Shown piece by piece: positions 17,507 to 25,533 of a stretch of DNA of 46,303 nucleotides. The stretch is from an uncultured Gammaproteobacteria bacterium. GTDB taxonomy: Bacteria; Patescibacteriota; Patescibacteriia; JACQRZ01. Position 1 is the stretch's first letter, and each line of letters opens with the position of its first letter. The notes below the pieces were generated by a model. The model was not told the DNA's origin, did no database searches, and was given only the letters and a program-made list of their open reading frames with translations. The stretch spans positions 1-46,303 of the forward strand of contig CAYJLM010000001.1 in the NCBI GenBank assembly GCA_964370875.1. Reading direction: 5' to 3'. Both the position numbers and the translations under genes were made by a program.

Positions 17507-17536
17507 AGTTTACAACGAAACGCCGCTATGCGTCAA
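17507..17536 (-). promoter_or_regulatory. Sigma70-type promoter candidate TTGACG-18-TAAACT
   Basis: On the - strand, the -35 is at 17536-17531 and the -10 at 17512-17507. It lies in the 237-nt gap upstream of the replication gene. Confidence 0.45.
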
Positions 17537-17580
17537 TACCCTGCGCCAGTTTCAAGCCCTCCGCCTGAGGCAAGCGGGGG

Positions 17581-17796
17581 TTACCAGTCACCCCAGTCTA
17601 GTTCTCGTATCCAGCCGAATCCATCCCAAAAGTAGGTCGGATATCTTGGTTTGAATTTCTCGCCTTTGCAGGCTATGTATTCGTCAAGGCTCTCGCAGGC
17701 CGTAATCAGGTGGTCGCGGTTGTAGCGTTCCCGCCAAAATCTGCGGATAGCGCGGCGGTTGTTTTCAATCAGTGCGGTGCGTTCGTCGTCGTTCAC
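17581..17796 (-). CDS. Hypothetical protein
   Basis: 71-aa ORF with a GTG start behind the SD GGAGGCGAGAA and a GTGA overlap to the upstream gene. Confidence 0.5.
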   Translation of the reverse strand: MNDDERTALIENNRRAIRRFWRERYNRDHLITACESLDEYIACKGEKFKPRYPTYFWDGFGWIRELDWGDW

Positions 17797-18272
17797 TTCT
17801 CGCCTCCATCCGTCGCGGTGGGCGGCGGGGCTGGGTGTGCTAGGGCGGCTTGAATGTCAATCGCATTAATGGCGGCAGCTAAACTCTTTGCCAACTGGAG
17901 AGACGACTTTGATAAATCGGCCCAGCCTTGTTCGTCGTTTTGATTGTGTAAGCTGCTCTCAACATCTCGAAAAGCCTCGGGGACTTTCATTTTCCGTAAG
18001 CTACGAATCTTGTTGGCGGCATACGCCCGCATCGCTTCCGCCCCCCTCTGCTCTGCGGCGGTGAGGGCGGTTACGATAACCTTTCGGGCTTTGGCGGCGC
18101 AAGTTTCTGATATTTGTCTCTCAAGTTCTGTTGCGTCTCCAATGTCGGCAAACAAGCAAGTACCCTGCTCGTCATTGAAAGACACCGCCCATCCGCTCGG
18201 ATCGTCATTCTCGTTACCGTCAACAAGTTCAACTTGAATGAGTTTGTTTGCTAATTCCTCGTTTGCGTCCAC
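17793..18272 (-). CDS. Hypothetical acidic protein
   Basis: 159-aa ORF downstream of recT. I recognise no nuclease motifs. Confidence 0.5.
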   Translation of the reverse strand: MDANEELANKLIQVELVDGNENDDPSGWAVSFNDEQGTCLFADIGDATELERQISETCAAKARKVIVTALTAAEQRGAEAMRAYAANKIRSLRKMKVPEAFRDVESSLHNQNDEQGWADLSKSSLQLAKSLAAAINAIDIQAALAHPAPPPTATDGGEK

Positions 18273-18369
18273 ATCTATCTCCCATCAGTAGAGGGCGGGC
18301 TGTGACACCCGCCCGGTTACGAAGCCGCTAACCTAACGTTTGGCAGGGGCCAGCGCGGCTTCGGGCTGG

Positions 18370-19308
18370 CTAGTTTTGCTTATCCGCGATGTGCTTGCGG
18401 ATGACGGCTGGCATTTCCTGAACATTGGCCGGGGTAATCTCGGTTATGCCCTCCTGCTCCAGAGCGTGCAGGATGTGAAAAACATTGGCCGAACCGTCCG
18501 GCATGGCGTAGTCTTGAAACTCTTGGGCAATGGCGAAAGACACGTCTTTCCACTGCGGTGTTTTGATGGACTTCGCCAGAGATGGGGGTTTACTGCCAGT
18601 AGATGCGGGCGATTTTGGTTTTGCGGCCACAGTTTCTGCCACCGGCGCTGTTTGGGGCGTGGGGGCGGCTGTAGGCGGTTCTGTGACTTCGGCCTCCACA
18701 ATCTCCCCGCGTGGCTCGATTTTGGCGGGTTCGGCCTGGGCCATCTCTTCGGCGGTATATAAGCCGCTCAATTCTTGCGGGAATGCCTTGCGGAGCGCCA
18801 AACTTTCGGCGCACTTTGCCAACATCAGGGCGGGCATTTTCTTCCAGAGCGGGGTGTAGCCGCCGTCCTTCTTGACTTGCGCGTATTCCGTCCAAAGGGC
18901 AACGGCATAAATCGGCTTATCGAATCCATGGCGATACACCCCAACTTTGGCGGCGCTGGGTGGTTGGGGTTGAAGCCAGACGTCCACCCATTGACCTTCG
19001 GGGCCGCACCAATACGGGCCGTCCTGCCCGTTGTATTTTCCGCTGCGTTCAGAGATGAGCCGGAAGCCGTCAATGGACGTTTGCACCGCCATGACTTCGC
19101 GTTGCTCTTTGGCATCCCAGCGCTTGATTGCGTAAATCTGGCGGGCGAACGGATCGAGGCCGGTGCGTTCACACTGGCGAACGAATAAAAGCAATTCGTC
19201 GCGGGTTGCGCCTTTCGCAATTGTGCGTGTGATGAGGTCAATCTGCTCTTCGCTGAAATGGTCTGACTTGATAATTGCTACTGCTTTTGGGTTGTTATTC
19301 ATCGTCAT
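18370..19308 (-). CDS. recT: RecT/Bet-family single-strand annealing recombinase
   Basis: [93 protein letters not shown], typical RecT core. The C-terminal tail is Pro/Ala/Thr-rich. Confidence 0.85.
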   Translation of the reverse strand: MTMNNNPKAVAIIKSDHFSEEQIDLITRTIAKGATRDELLLFVRQCERTGLDPFARQIYAIKRWDAKEQREVMAVQTSIDGFRLISERSGKYNGQDGPYWCGPEGQWVDVWLQPQPPSAAKVGVYRHGFDKPIYAVALWTEYAQVKKDGGYTPLWKKMPALMLAKCAESLALRKAFPQELSGLYTAEEMAQAEPAKIEPRGEIVEAEVTEPPTAAPTPQTAPVAETVAAKPKSPASTGSKPPSLAKSIKTPQWKDVSFAIAQEFQDYAMPDGSANVFHILHALEQEGITEITPANVQEMPAVIRKHIADKQN

Positions 19309-19319
19309 AATCCTTTCGG

Positions 19320-19628
19320 CTAGTCTATCAATCCCCGCAACCGCAGGGACAACGTTTGCAGGCGCAACACGGCGGTTGTAAATACGCCCTCGGTCATCTC
19401 AATAATGGCCTTGTCAATCTCGTCTGCGGTGGCTTCGTTGGCTTCCTTCACCAGTCGCGCCGCTCGTTCGTTGCCAGCCTCGCGCATGGCGTTCATCAGG
19501 TCGGCGGTGGGGTCGCTCACCTGTAGACAGGCGATATGCAGCGCCCAGACTTGCGGCAGACTAGGGCAGGCCCGGCGGATGGACTGATAGCGGAGTTTGA
19601 TTGCGGTGTTGAGTTCGGCGGTTGTCAT
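19320..19628 (-). CDS. Hypothetical protein
   Basis: 102-aa ORF, ATGA-coupled to the upstream gene. Confidence 0.45.
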   Translation of the reverse strand: MTTAELNTAIKLRYQSIRRACPSLPQVWALHIACLQVSDPTADLMNAMREAGNERAARLVKEANEATADEIDKAIIEMTEGVFTTAVLRLQTLSLRLRGLID

Positions 19629-19810
19629 TTGGCTGCGTTCCTTTCGATTCTGGCGCGGCGGGTTTTCGGCTTCACCAGCTTGTCAACGATGTCACCCATA
19701 CTGACTTTGCCCGGAACTTTCTTACTTTCGAGCCAGCGTAGAGTATCGGGTGTCACCCAGATGTTTATCATTTTCTTGCGGGGGGTGGGTTTCGTCTGTT
19801 TTGCTTCCAT
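19625..19810 (-). CDS. First gene of early block; small basic protein (possible RHH-type regulator)
   Basis: MEAKQTKPTPRKKMINIWVTPDTLRWLESKKVPGKVSMGDIVDKLV. The track's start at 19861 is a TTG; ATG 19810 is preferred. The fold assignment is a guess. Confidence 0.4.
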   Translation of the reverse strand: MEAKQTKPTPRKKMINIWVTPDTLRWLESKKVPGKVSMGDIVDKLVKPKTRRARIERNAAK

Positions 19811-19908
19811 GAACAAAGGATACGCTATAAATTGTTGCTTGGATTGCCGAGATTGTGTCAAACATGGAACAATTTTCGGCGCAAGATGGTGTCATGGAAG
19901 GAAACAAA

Positions 19909-20136
19909 ATGATGCAAATCTCTAACCGCAGACTACAGGCCGCGAAACGGGGGGGCAGGATGCAATACAAGCTGTGGCGCATTCTGCGAATCTCGTTTAT
20001 TGGCTGGACTGCCAAGCACGACAAGTGGAAGGGCAAGCCGATTGTAGCCGACTCGCTTGAGGAGTGTATTCAGGCGATTGACGAAGTAGAGGCCGGGATT
20101 GAGTCGGTGCTGGAAAACGAGCAGAGCGGTGGTTGA
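19909..20136 (+). CDS. Hypothetical protein (first gene of rightward block)
   Basis: ATG 19909 (MMQISNRR..) lies behind GGAAGGAAAC. The track ORF begins at GTG 19855, so the start is uncertain. Confidence 0.4.
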   Translation: MMQISNRRLQAAKRGGRMQYKLWRILRISFIGWTAKHDKWKGKPIVADSLEECIQAIDEVEAGIESVLENEQSGG

Positions 20137-20137
20137 T

Positions 20138-20485
20138 ATGAGTGACATTCCTGATTGGGTGAAACACGCGACTACTGATGTGATTTCGTTGCAGTATCCG
20201 CCAGACCACGACCCGGCCAACTGGCAGGCGTATGCCGACAAGATTGAGCAAATTATCTACGCCTACAGCATCGCCGCCCAGCCGCCCGAAGCGGTGGCTA
20301 TATCACTTGAGTTGGCTGATGATTTATTGCAGGTATGTACATGGTACAAGTCTGCTTGTGCTTTGGCGCGGGCTGGCGAAACTTATGATACTTGCCCGGA
20401 TAAAGATCCATTCAACTATCTTGAGAGCGAGGCAGAGTCCATTGGCGAGCGCCTCGCCGCCGCAGTCCAGAAAGCGAAACACTAG
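20138..20485 (+). CDS. Hypothetical acidic protein
   Basis: ATG 20138 (MSDIPDWVKH) lies 2 nt after the upstream stop. 115 aa. Confidence 0.5.
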   Translation: MSDIPDWVKHATTDVISLQYPPDHDPANWQAYADKIEQIIYAYSIAAQPPEAVAISLELADDLLQVCTWYKSACALARAGETYDTCPDKDPFNYLESEAESIGERLAAAVQKAKH

Positions 20486-20511
20486 CGCCCGCAGGGGCAA
20501 GGAGAAATGTC

Positions 20512-20694
20512 ATGGAATCACAACAAGCATTAGAGACACACAAATCGTCAATGGCCGTAGTGAACAGCATTCAACGCAAGGCAGAGCGGCTGCGGCAGGA
20601 TTTGACGCCTCAAGACTTGGCCGAGATTGAATGGCACAGTTCGCGGGCCGAACGGGCTTTACGTCGCTATCACGTTTTGGTGGCACTCAATTAG
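20512..20694 (+). CDS. Hypothetical protein
   Basis: 60-aa ORF with SD AAGGAG. Confidence 0.45.
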   Translation: MESQQALETHKSSMAVVNSIQRKAERLRQDLTPQDLAEIEWHSSRAERALRRYHVLVALN

Positions 20695-20705
20695 AGGAGA
20701 TTGTT

Positions 20706-20828
20706 ATGCTCAAGAAACTACTGGCTTTGTTTGGTAAACCGCAATTGCCGCCTGGAATCTGTTTGCGGTGTCAGTTCGCTATCTTCGGCAAGGGCCACCA
20801 TTGCGGGCATTGCCACTGTTGCGATTAA
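20706..20828 (+). CDS. 40-aa Cys/His-rich miniprotein
   Basis: MLKKLLALFGKPQLPPGICLRCQFAIFGKGHHCGHCHCCD, with SD GAGGAG 5 nt upstream. Confidence 0.4.
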   Translation: MLKKLLALFGKPQLPPGICLRCQFAIFGKGHHCGHCHCCD

Positions 20829-20835
20829 CCGCCGT

Positions 20836-20864
20836 TTGACCTCCGCCTGTTTCGGGCGTATTAT
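20836..20864 (+). promoter_or_regulatory. Near-consensus sigma70 promoter TTGACC-17-TATTAT
   Basis: -35 at 20836-20841, a 17-nt spacer, and -10 at 20859-20864. It lies at the start of a ~490-nt ORF-free region. Confidence 0.65.
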
Positions 20865-20870
20865 GTGACT

Positions 20871-21340
20871 GCAACACTGGCGTTGCAACCCTCCATCCCC
20901 CGCCGACTGCTTGAGCGTAGCGGCGGGGTGAGACGGGATATACCTTACAAACCTATAAAGCTAAACGGTGACATGCATAGAGCGTGAGCCTGACGAGTGA
21001 AGGCGATAATCGTAGTGCCACAACGGGGCAAGGAAATGCGCCAATAACGACACCGTGACAGTCTGGAGAGACAGACAACCTTAACAAAACGGCCTATGTG
21101 TACGGCTTCAAAACCGGATAGGCCTCATGCAAATTAGAAAGGCTGTAATTCAGTAGGCCATGCCTGCCACAACTACCCGTGCGACTTGTGGCTTCGCCCC
21201 TAACAGACTGGACGCGGATTAGGGTGACATACGGTGCGAGTACGGACTGATGACCTTTCGCTAAAACGATCCGCAGTAGGTAACACCGGCAGTGGTAGTA
21301 GCATCCGAATTGTCCAGAGAGTCGGATGCTCCCACTGCCA
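20871..21340 (+). ncRNA. Candidate structured non-coding RNA or long 5' leader (unclassified)
   Basis: No ORF longer than 20 codons on the + strand. Stems seen by eye: 20898-20905/20921-20928 (8 bp), 21091-21097/21118-21124 (7 bp), CCCTAA/TTAGGG, and a composite 16-bp hairpin at 21288-21339 just before the SD of the next gene. Confidence 0.3.
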
Positions 21341-21355
21341 ACCTTAAGGAGAATC

Positions 21356-21604
21356 ATGCCTCAACAGGCGACAGTTAATAGGCTTGCACTTCCGGAGGGT
21401 TATGATGCGCGCTGTGATTGGTGCAGACAACCCTATACCTATTCAAATTCGATGGCTTGCAATACAGTCCATCACAATGTTTTTTGTTCTAGCCTGTGCG
21501 AGGAAGAAGAGACCGAAAGTCGGAAACATCTACAAAACGGGTACAAAGGTCTGGGACGAGTTGCCTGCGTTCGAGAAGCGGCAGCCTGCGGGGATGCAAA
21601 CTAG
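21356..21604 (+). CDS. Cys-rich hypothetical protein
   Basis: ATG 21356 (MPQQATVNRL) lies behind the SD AAGGAG. Contains CDWC..C..H..FCSSLC. Confidence 0.5.
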   Translation: MPQQATVNRLALPEGYDARCDWCRQPYTYSNSMACNTVHHNVFCSSLCEEEETESRKHLQNGYKGLGRVACVREAAACGDAN

Positions 21605-21637
21605 CCCGCACCCGTTATTTTAGACAGGAGATTACTC

Positions 21638-21946
21638 ATGAATCAAACTGACCTTGCAATTTTTGCCGCTTTACTTTTGGCGCTATTATTCCAGTATGTG
21701 CCGAAGCTCAAGGACTGGTACGGCAAGCAAGATGACAACATTCAGCGGCTTATCATGCTAGGCGCTCTGGCTGTAGCCCCGTTGGTTTTGTTTGCGGCCT
21801 CTTGCGGAAATTTCACCATCCCCGGCGTGTCTGTGGTTGTGGCCTGTACTGCCGATGGCGGGCATGACCTGGTTCAAATGTTTATCACTTCGGTGGTTGT
21901 GAATCAGGGCGCGTTCCAATTGCTGCCAAACCCGAACACTAAATAA
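21638..21946 (+). CDS. Membrane protein (2 TM), holin candidate
   Basis: SD AGGAG. TM segments LAIFAALLLALLFQYV and LIMLGALAVAPLVLFAA. It is the first of four consecutive membrane-protein genes. Confidence 0.5.
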   Translation: MNQTDLAIFAALLLALLFQYVPKLKDWYGKQDDNIQRLIMLGALAVAPLVLFAASCGNFTIPGVSVVVACTADGGHDLVQMFITSVVVNQGAFQLLPNPNTK

Positions 21947-22014
21947 CCACAGGCGGGGTTAGCCGATGAGACGCATTAGTAATAGCGCCCGCGTTGGAGG
22001 GGCAAGATGAGATT

Positions 22015-22293
22015 ATGGGCGACTGCAATTATCTCTGTCAGACTTCTATCGTCAATGTACTGGTTTTTGGCGTTAGCGCCCTCTCCTTTCTCACCTATGC
22101 CCTGCGGCGCAAGAATGGCAAGCGCACCCTGGCCGCTTTCGGTTTTGGGGTCTGTCTGGCCGCCGCTGTCATCTATCTGGCAAACCTGCTCGGATACATT
22201 CCTACGCCTATTCCTGCCAATGTTGGGCGGAATCTCGTGCTTGCTCTCGGTGTATTCGCCTTCGTGGTCTCTGTGGTTATCTGGCGCTGGTGA
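22015..22293 (+). CDS. Membrane protein (3 TM)
   Basis: MGDCNYLCQTSIVNVLVFGVSALSFLTYALRRKNGKRTLAAFGFGVCLAAAVIYLANLL..LVLALGVFAFVVSVVIW, with a positive-inside loop. Preferred over the overlapping frame 22007..22300. Confidence 0.55.
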   Translation: MGDCNYLCQTSIVNVLVFGVSALSFLTYALRRKNGKRTLAAFGFGVCLAAAVIYLANLLGYIPTPIPANVGRNLVLALGVFAFVVSVVIWRW

Positions 22294-22300
22294 TCCGGCA

Positions 22301-22648
22301 ATGGATGACTTCCTCTCCAAATGGCTACCGACGATAATCACGACTCTGATAGGCGGGTATGTGGCTCTCAAGGAAACCGTCCTCAAGGACAAAAAGGCCA
22401 CCACCGAATACTGGCAAAGCGTGGCTGCCGACCTCCGCAAAGATATTGACAAGATACGGGCCGATGCGATAGCAGACCGCAAGGAGAATCAAGTGTGGCG
22501 CAAACGAGCCACACGGTCTTTTAATTATCTCTGTCAGCGCGTGATGAAGGTAGACCCGGCGGGCGTAGAGATTGCGCGCGGAATGTGGGATGGAACGATT
22601 GACGTGCCCGAATTTGACGATGACGATATAACCGAGGTGCATTCGTGA
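22301..22648 (+). CDS. N-terminally anchored coiled-coil protein (lysis accessory/spanin-like candidate)
   Basis: ATG 22301 (MDDFLSKWLPTIITTLIGGYVAL..), followed by a charged helical region. Confidence 0.5.
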   Translation: MDDFLSKWLPTIITTLIGGYVALKETVLKDKKATTEYWQSVAADLRKDIDKIRADAIADRKENQVWRKRATRSFNYLCQRVMKVDPAGVEIARGMWDGTIDVPEFDDDDITEVHS

Positions 22649-22962
22649 CCCTCTACCACCTCTGCCTCCGACGCCTGTTTCGTTTCCTGTACCGAGTCAA
22701 CTACTGGCAGGTGTTCGCCCTCGTGGGCCTCATCCCCTGGGTGGTGGGCCTGCCGTTACTGGCGGGTATCGCTTTGGGCCTCCAGGCTGGCACGCCGTAC
22801 ACGGATTTCGTGGGCGCATCCTCGTATGCGTCAGGCTGGTATCAATCGTGTACGGAGTTGTCAGGGCTGCCAGAGCCAACGTGCTATGACCGGGCCTATG
22901 CGATACAGCCGCCGGAGTGGATTACTGATTTTCCGATTTTGGGGAGATGGTTGGTACAATAA
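22645..22962 (+). CDS. Membrane protein
   Basis: GTG start with GTGA overlap. WQVFALVGLIPWVVGLPLLAGIALGL. Confidence 0.5.
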   Translation: MTLYHLCLRRLFRFLYRVNYWQVFALVGLIPWVVGLPLLAGIALGLQAGTPYTDFVGASSYASGWYQSCTELSGLPEPTCYDRAYAIQPPEWITDFPILGRWLVQ

Positions 22963-22966
22963 AACG

Positions 22967-22998
22967 AAAGGCCGCTTATGAGAGCGGCCTTTTTTGTT
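22967..22998. terminator. Bidirectional rho-independent terminator between convergent blocks
   Basis: AAAGGCCGCT (22967-22976), a tatgag loop, then AGCGGCCTTT (22983-22992) followed by TTTGTT. The opposite strand gives the same stem followed by TTTCGTTTT. Confidence 0.8.
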
Positions 22999-23203
22999 AT
23001 ATAACTCTTGTTACTTTGAGCGCTGTCCCTTTGTTGTGGCGTACGCCGTTCGGCTTTGACCACCACAACATTGAAGTGTCGTCAGTATCCCAAAGTGTCA
23101 GACAAACAACCATATAACCGCGATGGTACAAGCGAAGTCTGAATGTTTGGCGACTAATAAACAACGATGCAATATGCGGGATTTCAAAAAAGTTTAGTTT
23201 CAT
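22997..23203 (-). CDS. Hypothetical protein (ORFan)
   Basis: ATG 23203 (MKLNFFEIPH) lies behind AAAGGA; the track's start at 23209 is a TTG. Confidence 0.4.
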   Translation of the reverse strand: MKLNFFEIPHIASLFISRQTFRLRLYHRGYMVVCLTLWDTDDTSMLWWSKPNGVRHNKGTALKVTRVI

Positions 23204-23233
23204 CGTCAATCATCCTTTCACCCGGCGGGTGGC

Positions 23234-23470
23234 TTATACAATCTCATTGTTTACGGTGGGTTCGTTACATTCCCACTCCAAGCGCCCGTTGCTGTGCAGG
23301 GCTACGGAAATTTCTGACCAAATATCCACCCATCCGCTAGCCTCCTGTCCTTCTAGTGGTATGTATTCCTCGGCCACTTCCATTGTTTGCCTGACATATT
23401 CAAGCAAGCTCAAAAGATAATCGGGTGAGGTCTTATCGGCGGCGTGTCGTAAATCGGATATAGTTTTCAT
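23234..23470 (-). CDS. Hypothetical acidic protein (ORFan)
   Basis: 78-aa ORF with SD AAAGGA. Confidence 0.45.
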   Translation of the reverse strand: MKTISDLRHAADKTSPDYLLSLLEYVRQTMEVAEEYIPLEGQEASGWVDIWSEISVALHSNGRLEWECNEPTVNNEIV

Positions 23471-23508
23471 CGTCTCAATCCTTTCCCGTCATTCGCTGAC
23501 GGGGGCGG

Positions 23509-23736
23509 TTAGTCGTCATAAACTCGCATCTCTGCCCCGGCCTTGAACTCTGCCGGGTAGTTTTCTTTGAACCAGTCAATCGCCTCCGAGTCGTATTCAA
23601 ACCAGTTCTTTGCAATCAGGGCGATTGTCCCATCTTGGCTTTGTTCTGGCAGGGTGTAAAAGTGATAGGGCTTGAGTTGAGGGCCGATAACGATCCCATT
23701 TACATCATCCGTCCAATAAGGTTTTATCATCTTCAT
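23509..23736 (-). CDS. Hypothetical protein (ORFan)
   Basis: 75-aa ORF, co-oriented and closely spaced. Confidence 0.45.
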   Translation of the reverse strand: MKMIKPYWTDDVNGIVIGPQLKPYHFYTLPEQSQDGTIALIAKNWFEYDSEAIDWFKENYPAEFKAGAEMRVYDD

Positions 23737-23740
23737 CCCT

Positions 23741-24034
23741 TCATTCGGTGGCCGTGTACGACTCGCGCTCGGCCTCGCTCATGTCGTTCCAGTCAAGCTG
23801 TGTATGTACGGGTACGAGAGTTTCTTTCGCCTTCTCTGCCTCAATGATGGATTGGGCGTTGACCGCCAGCATCCCGCACTCGCCATAGAGATTGTAGAAA
23901 TCGGAGTGGAGTTTGTAGGCTTCGCGGCTGACCTCCACGTAACCACCCGAAGTGTAATACTCGGTGCGCTCTGCGTCCATCGTGGTGACCGTGCCGCCTT
24001 CGGGGTGAATGAAGTAATAGATTTTTGCGTTCAT
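23741..24034 (-). CDS. Hypothetical protein (ORFan)
   Basis: 97-aa ORF with SD GGAGCAG. Confidence 0.45.
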   Translation of the reverse strand: MNAKIYYFIHPEGGTVTTMDAERTEYYTSGGYVEVSREAYKLHSDFYNLYGECGMLAVNAQSIIEAEKAKETLVPVHTQLDWNDMSEAERESYTATE

Positions 24035-24043
24035 CGTCTGCTC

Positions 24044-24358
24044 CTATTCCGGCGCGGCCAGGGCTTCGGCTGCCAAATCGTAAGCGGCTGATAGTCGGCC
24101 CAAATCGGGTCTGCCACTCTCGCGCCATTGCCCGATTAGATTATGGTACAACTTGAGCGCCTCCACTAGCTTGTCGTTGGCGTTCGCCTTGCTCGTCACA
24201 GTCCCGCCGTTCAGCACGATTACACGGTCTGCGGCTTCCTGCGGTGAGGGCCAGTCTGATTCGGGCTCCCAGTCGGTGCTAGGCTGGCCTTTAGTGGGAG
24301 GTGTTCCCGTGCCAACTGTCCACAGGCCGGGTTCGGATTGGATGTAGTGGTATGTCAT
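24044..24358 (-). CDS. Hypothetical protein (ORFan)
   Basis: 104-aa ORF with SD AAGGAA. Confidence 0.45.
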   Translation of the reverse strand: MTYHYIQSEPGLWTVGTGTPPTKGQPSTDWEPESDWPSPQEAADRVIVLNGGTVTSKANANDKLVEALKLYHNLIGQWRESGRPDLGRLSAAYDLAAEALAAPE

Positions 24359-24382
24359 GGTGGCAGTTCCTTTCTTTGTCGC

Positions 24383-24586
24383 CTAGTCGGTTTTAGCTTG
24401 TCGGTATTCAGCGAACGGGGTTCGTACACTTTCGCCGTTCAACATGGCCGCGATACATAATTCCACGTCAATGAAGTGGTTCTCAAGGCGGGCGCGCATC
24501 TTCTTCTCTTCGATGGCTTCCCATTCGCTCCAGCCACCGACGTTCAGGATATAGCGGACTTGGTAGGTTTTAGGTTGCGTTGTCAT
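24383..24586 (-). CDS. Hypothetical protein (ORFan)
   Basis: 67-aa ORF. Confidence 0.45.
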   Translation of the reverse strand: MTTQPKTYQVRYILNVGGWSEWEAIEEKKMRARLENHFIDVELCIAAMLNGESVRTPFAEYRQAKTD

Positions 24587-24610
24587 GGTGTCAGCTTTCT
24601 GCCAGCGAGT

Positions 24611-24928
24611 CTAGCTGCTGGCCTTCGGTCTGCCGCCCAGCTTGCCATTCTCGCGGCTGGCGGATTGTTTGGCCTCGCTAGTGCTGCTACCGCCCAGTTT
24701 GCCGAGTGCGGAGGCGGCTAGGCTTACGGCCTGCTTGGTGTCCGTTACCTGGGCGTCTGGGTAGTTCAGTTTCATCAGGTCAAACGCGGCTGATTGCGTG
24801 TCGGCCTCGTAAGTTTGCGAGAGCTTGTAGGTGGTTTTCTGTTTCTCGAAATCCCACGATGGCTTCCCGTGCTGTTTGGCGGCGGGCAGGGGTTGGGTCG
24901 TAGTCCAGACGGTGAATGTGTATTGCAT
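24611..24928 (-). CDS. Hypothetical protein with KGG-like basic tail
   Basis: C-terminal ALGKLGGSSTSEAKQSASRENGKLGGRPKASS, a repeat-like tail seen on many small prophage proteins. Confidence 0.45.
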   Translation of the reverse strand: MQYTFTVWTTTQPLPAAKQHGKPSWDFEKQKTTYKLSQTYEADTQSAAFDLMKLNYPDAQVTDTKQAVSLAASALGKLGGSSTSEAKQSASRENGKLGGRPKASS

Positions 24929-24972
24929 GATAGGTGTCCTGTGGCGCGTTAGTTACCTCCGCGCCAGCTAGA

Positions 24973-25185
24973 TTACTGTTCCAGAATTGAGAACATCTCG
25001 TTGGCTCGTACAGTAACGTAACCAACAATTTTATGATTTTTATTCTCGTCGCCGTACTGATAGCGAGTGAGCCCATCTACGTGAGCGGTTTTGCTAATTA
25101 GGCCTTTGGCCCGCATTCTCTGCTCGACATCAAAAACAGATTCACCTGCACCGCATCTACCATGTTGTAAAGTTTTTTCTGCCAT
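24973..25185 (-). CDS. Hypothetical protein
   Basis: ATG 25185 (MAEKTLQHG) lies behind the SD AGGAG; the track's start at 25239 overlaps the upstream gene. Confidence 0.4.
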   Translation of the reverse strand: MAEKTLQHGRCGAGESVFDVEQRMRAKGLISKTAHVDGLTRYQYGDENKNHKIVGYVTVRANEMFSILEQ

Positions 25186-25225
25186 TGTCGTAGTCTCCTG
25201 TTGATTATGATTAGATTGGTTGTTA

Positions 25226-25486
25226 TTACCGGCTGTCATTATTCATGTACCAGCCATAGTCGCGATTTTTGAGATCATCAATGAGTTTGCTGGCAGCGGT
25301 CATGGTCAATCCGGTTGAGACGCTCCCGCCGAGTTTGCGAATGTAGTCAATTTGTTTCTGTGAGGCAGGGCGGCTGTCAATTTTGCCGCTGGGGTTCATG
25401 AGTTTGGCGGTGCAATCCGGGCAACGAACTGCGAATTTATTATCAGTCTCAAATTTGTTCCCGCATCCGCAAATTTTGGTAATCAT
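25226..25486 (-). CDS. Zinc-ribbon plus DUF3072-like protein
   Basis: CGCGNKF..RCPDC, then SQKQIDYIRKLGG..LTMTAASKLIDDLK. Confidence 0.5.
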   Translation of the reverse strand: MITKICGCGNKFETDNKFAVRCPDCTAKLMNPSGKIDSRPASQKQIDYIRKLGGSVSTGLTMTAASKLIDDLKNRDYGWYMNNDSR

Positions 25487-25533
25487 TTTCGTCTATCTCC
25501 GTCTGTTTCCGCAACGTCTGCGGCTATGTATGT

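Noticed and set aside
19857-19862. Perfect TTGACA (- strand) in the 19.8-19.9 kb divergent region, as the early leftward promoter. Also an imperfect inverted repeat GCCGAGATTG/CAATTTTCGGC at 19846-19880.
   Set aside because: No acceptable -10 hexamer lies 16-19 nt downstream of the TTGACA. The inverted repeat has an indel or mismatch. A promoter and operator are surely somewhere in this region, but I cannot place them with confidence.
21091-21124. tRNA-like minihelix: a 7-bp GGCCTAT/ATAGGCC stem enclosing CTTCAAAA.
   Set aside because: There is no proper 5-bp T-stem, no D or anticodon arms, and no CCA-compatible 3' end. It is just one hairpin of the ORF-free region. I recognised no tRNA anywhere in the window.
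21206-21232. Telomere-like hexamers CCCTAA...TTAGGG.
   Set aside because: This is a single inverted pair forming a 6-bp stem, with no tandem repetition. It is a coincidental resemblance.
21288-21339. Possible cobalamin riboswitch. CCCACTGCC resembles the B12 box, and the phage encodes a B12-type radical SAM enzyme.
   Set aside because: The match to the B12-box consensus (GCCACTG in its conserved context) is partial, and I did not see the other conserved riboswitch elements. The downstream gene is a small Cys-rich protein unrelated to cobalamin. An Infernal scan is needed to settle it.
22007-22300. The alternative frame beginning at ATG 22007 has a well-spaced GGAGG. The ORF track joins it into a 213-aa ORF, 22007..22648.
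   Set aside because: The first 98 residues in this frame (..SPFSPMPCGARMASAPWPLSVLGSVWPP..) look like off-frame translation. The other frame (22015..22293) gives a clean 3-TM protein with a positive-inside loop. The downstream part is kept as a separate gene from ATG 22301.
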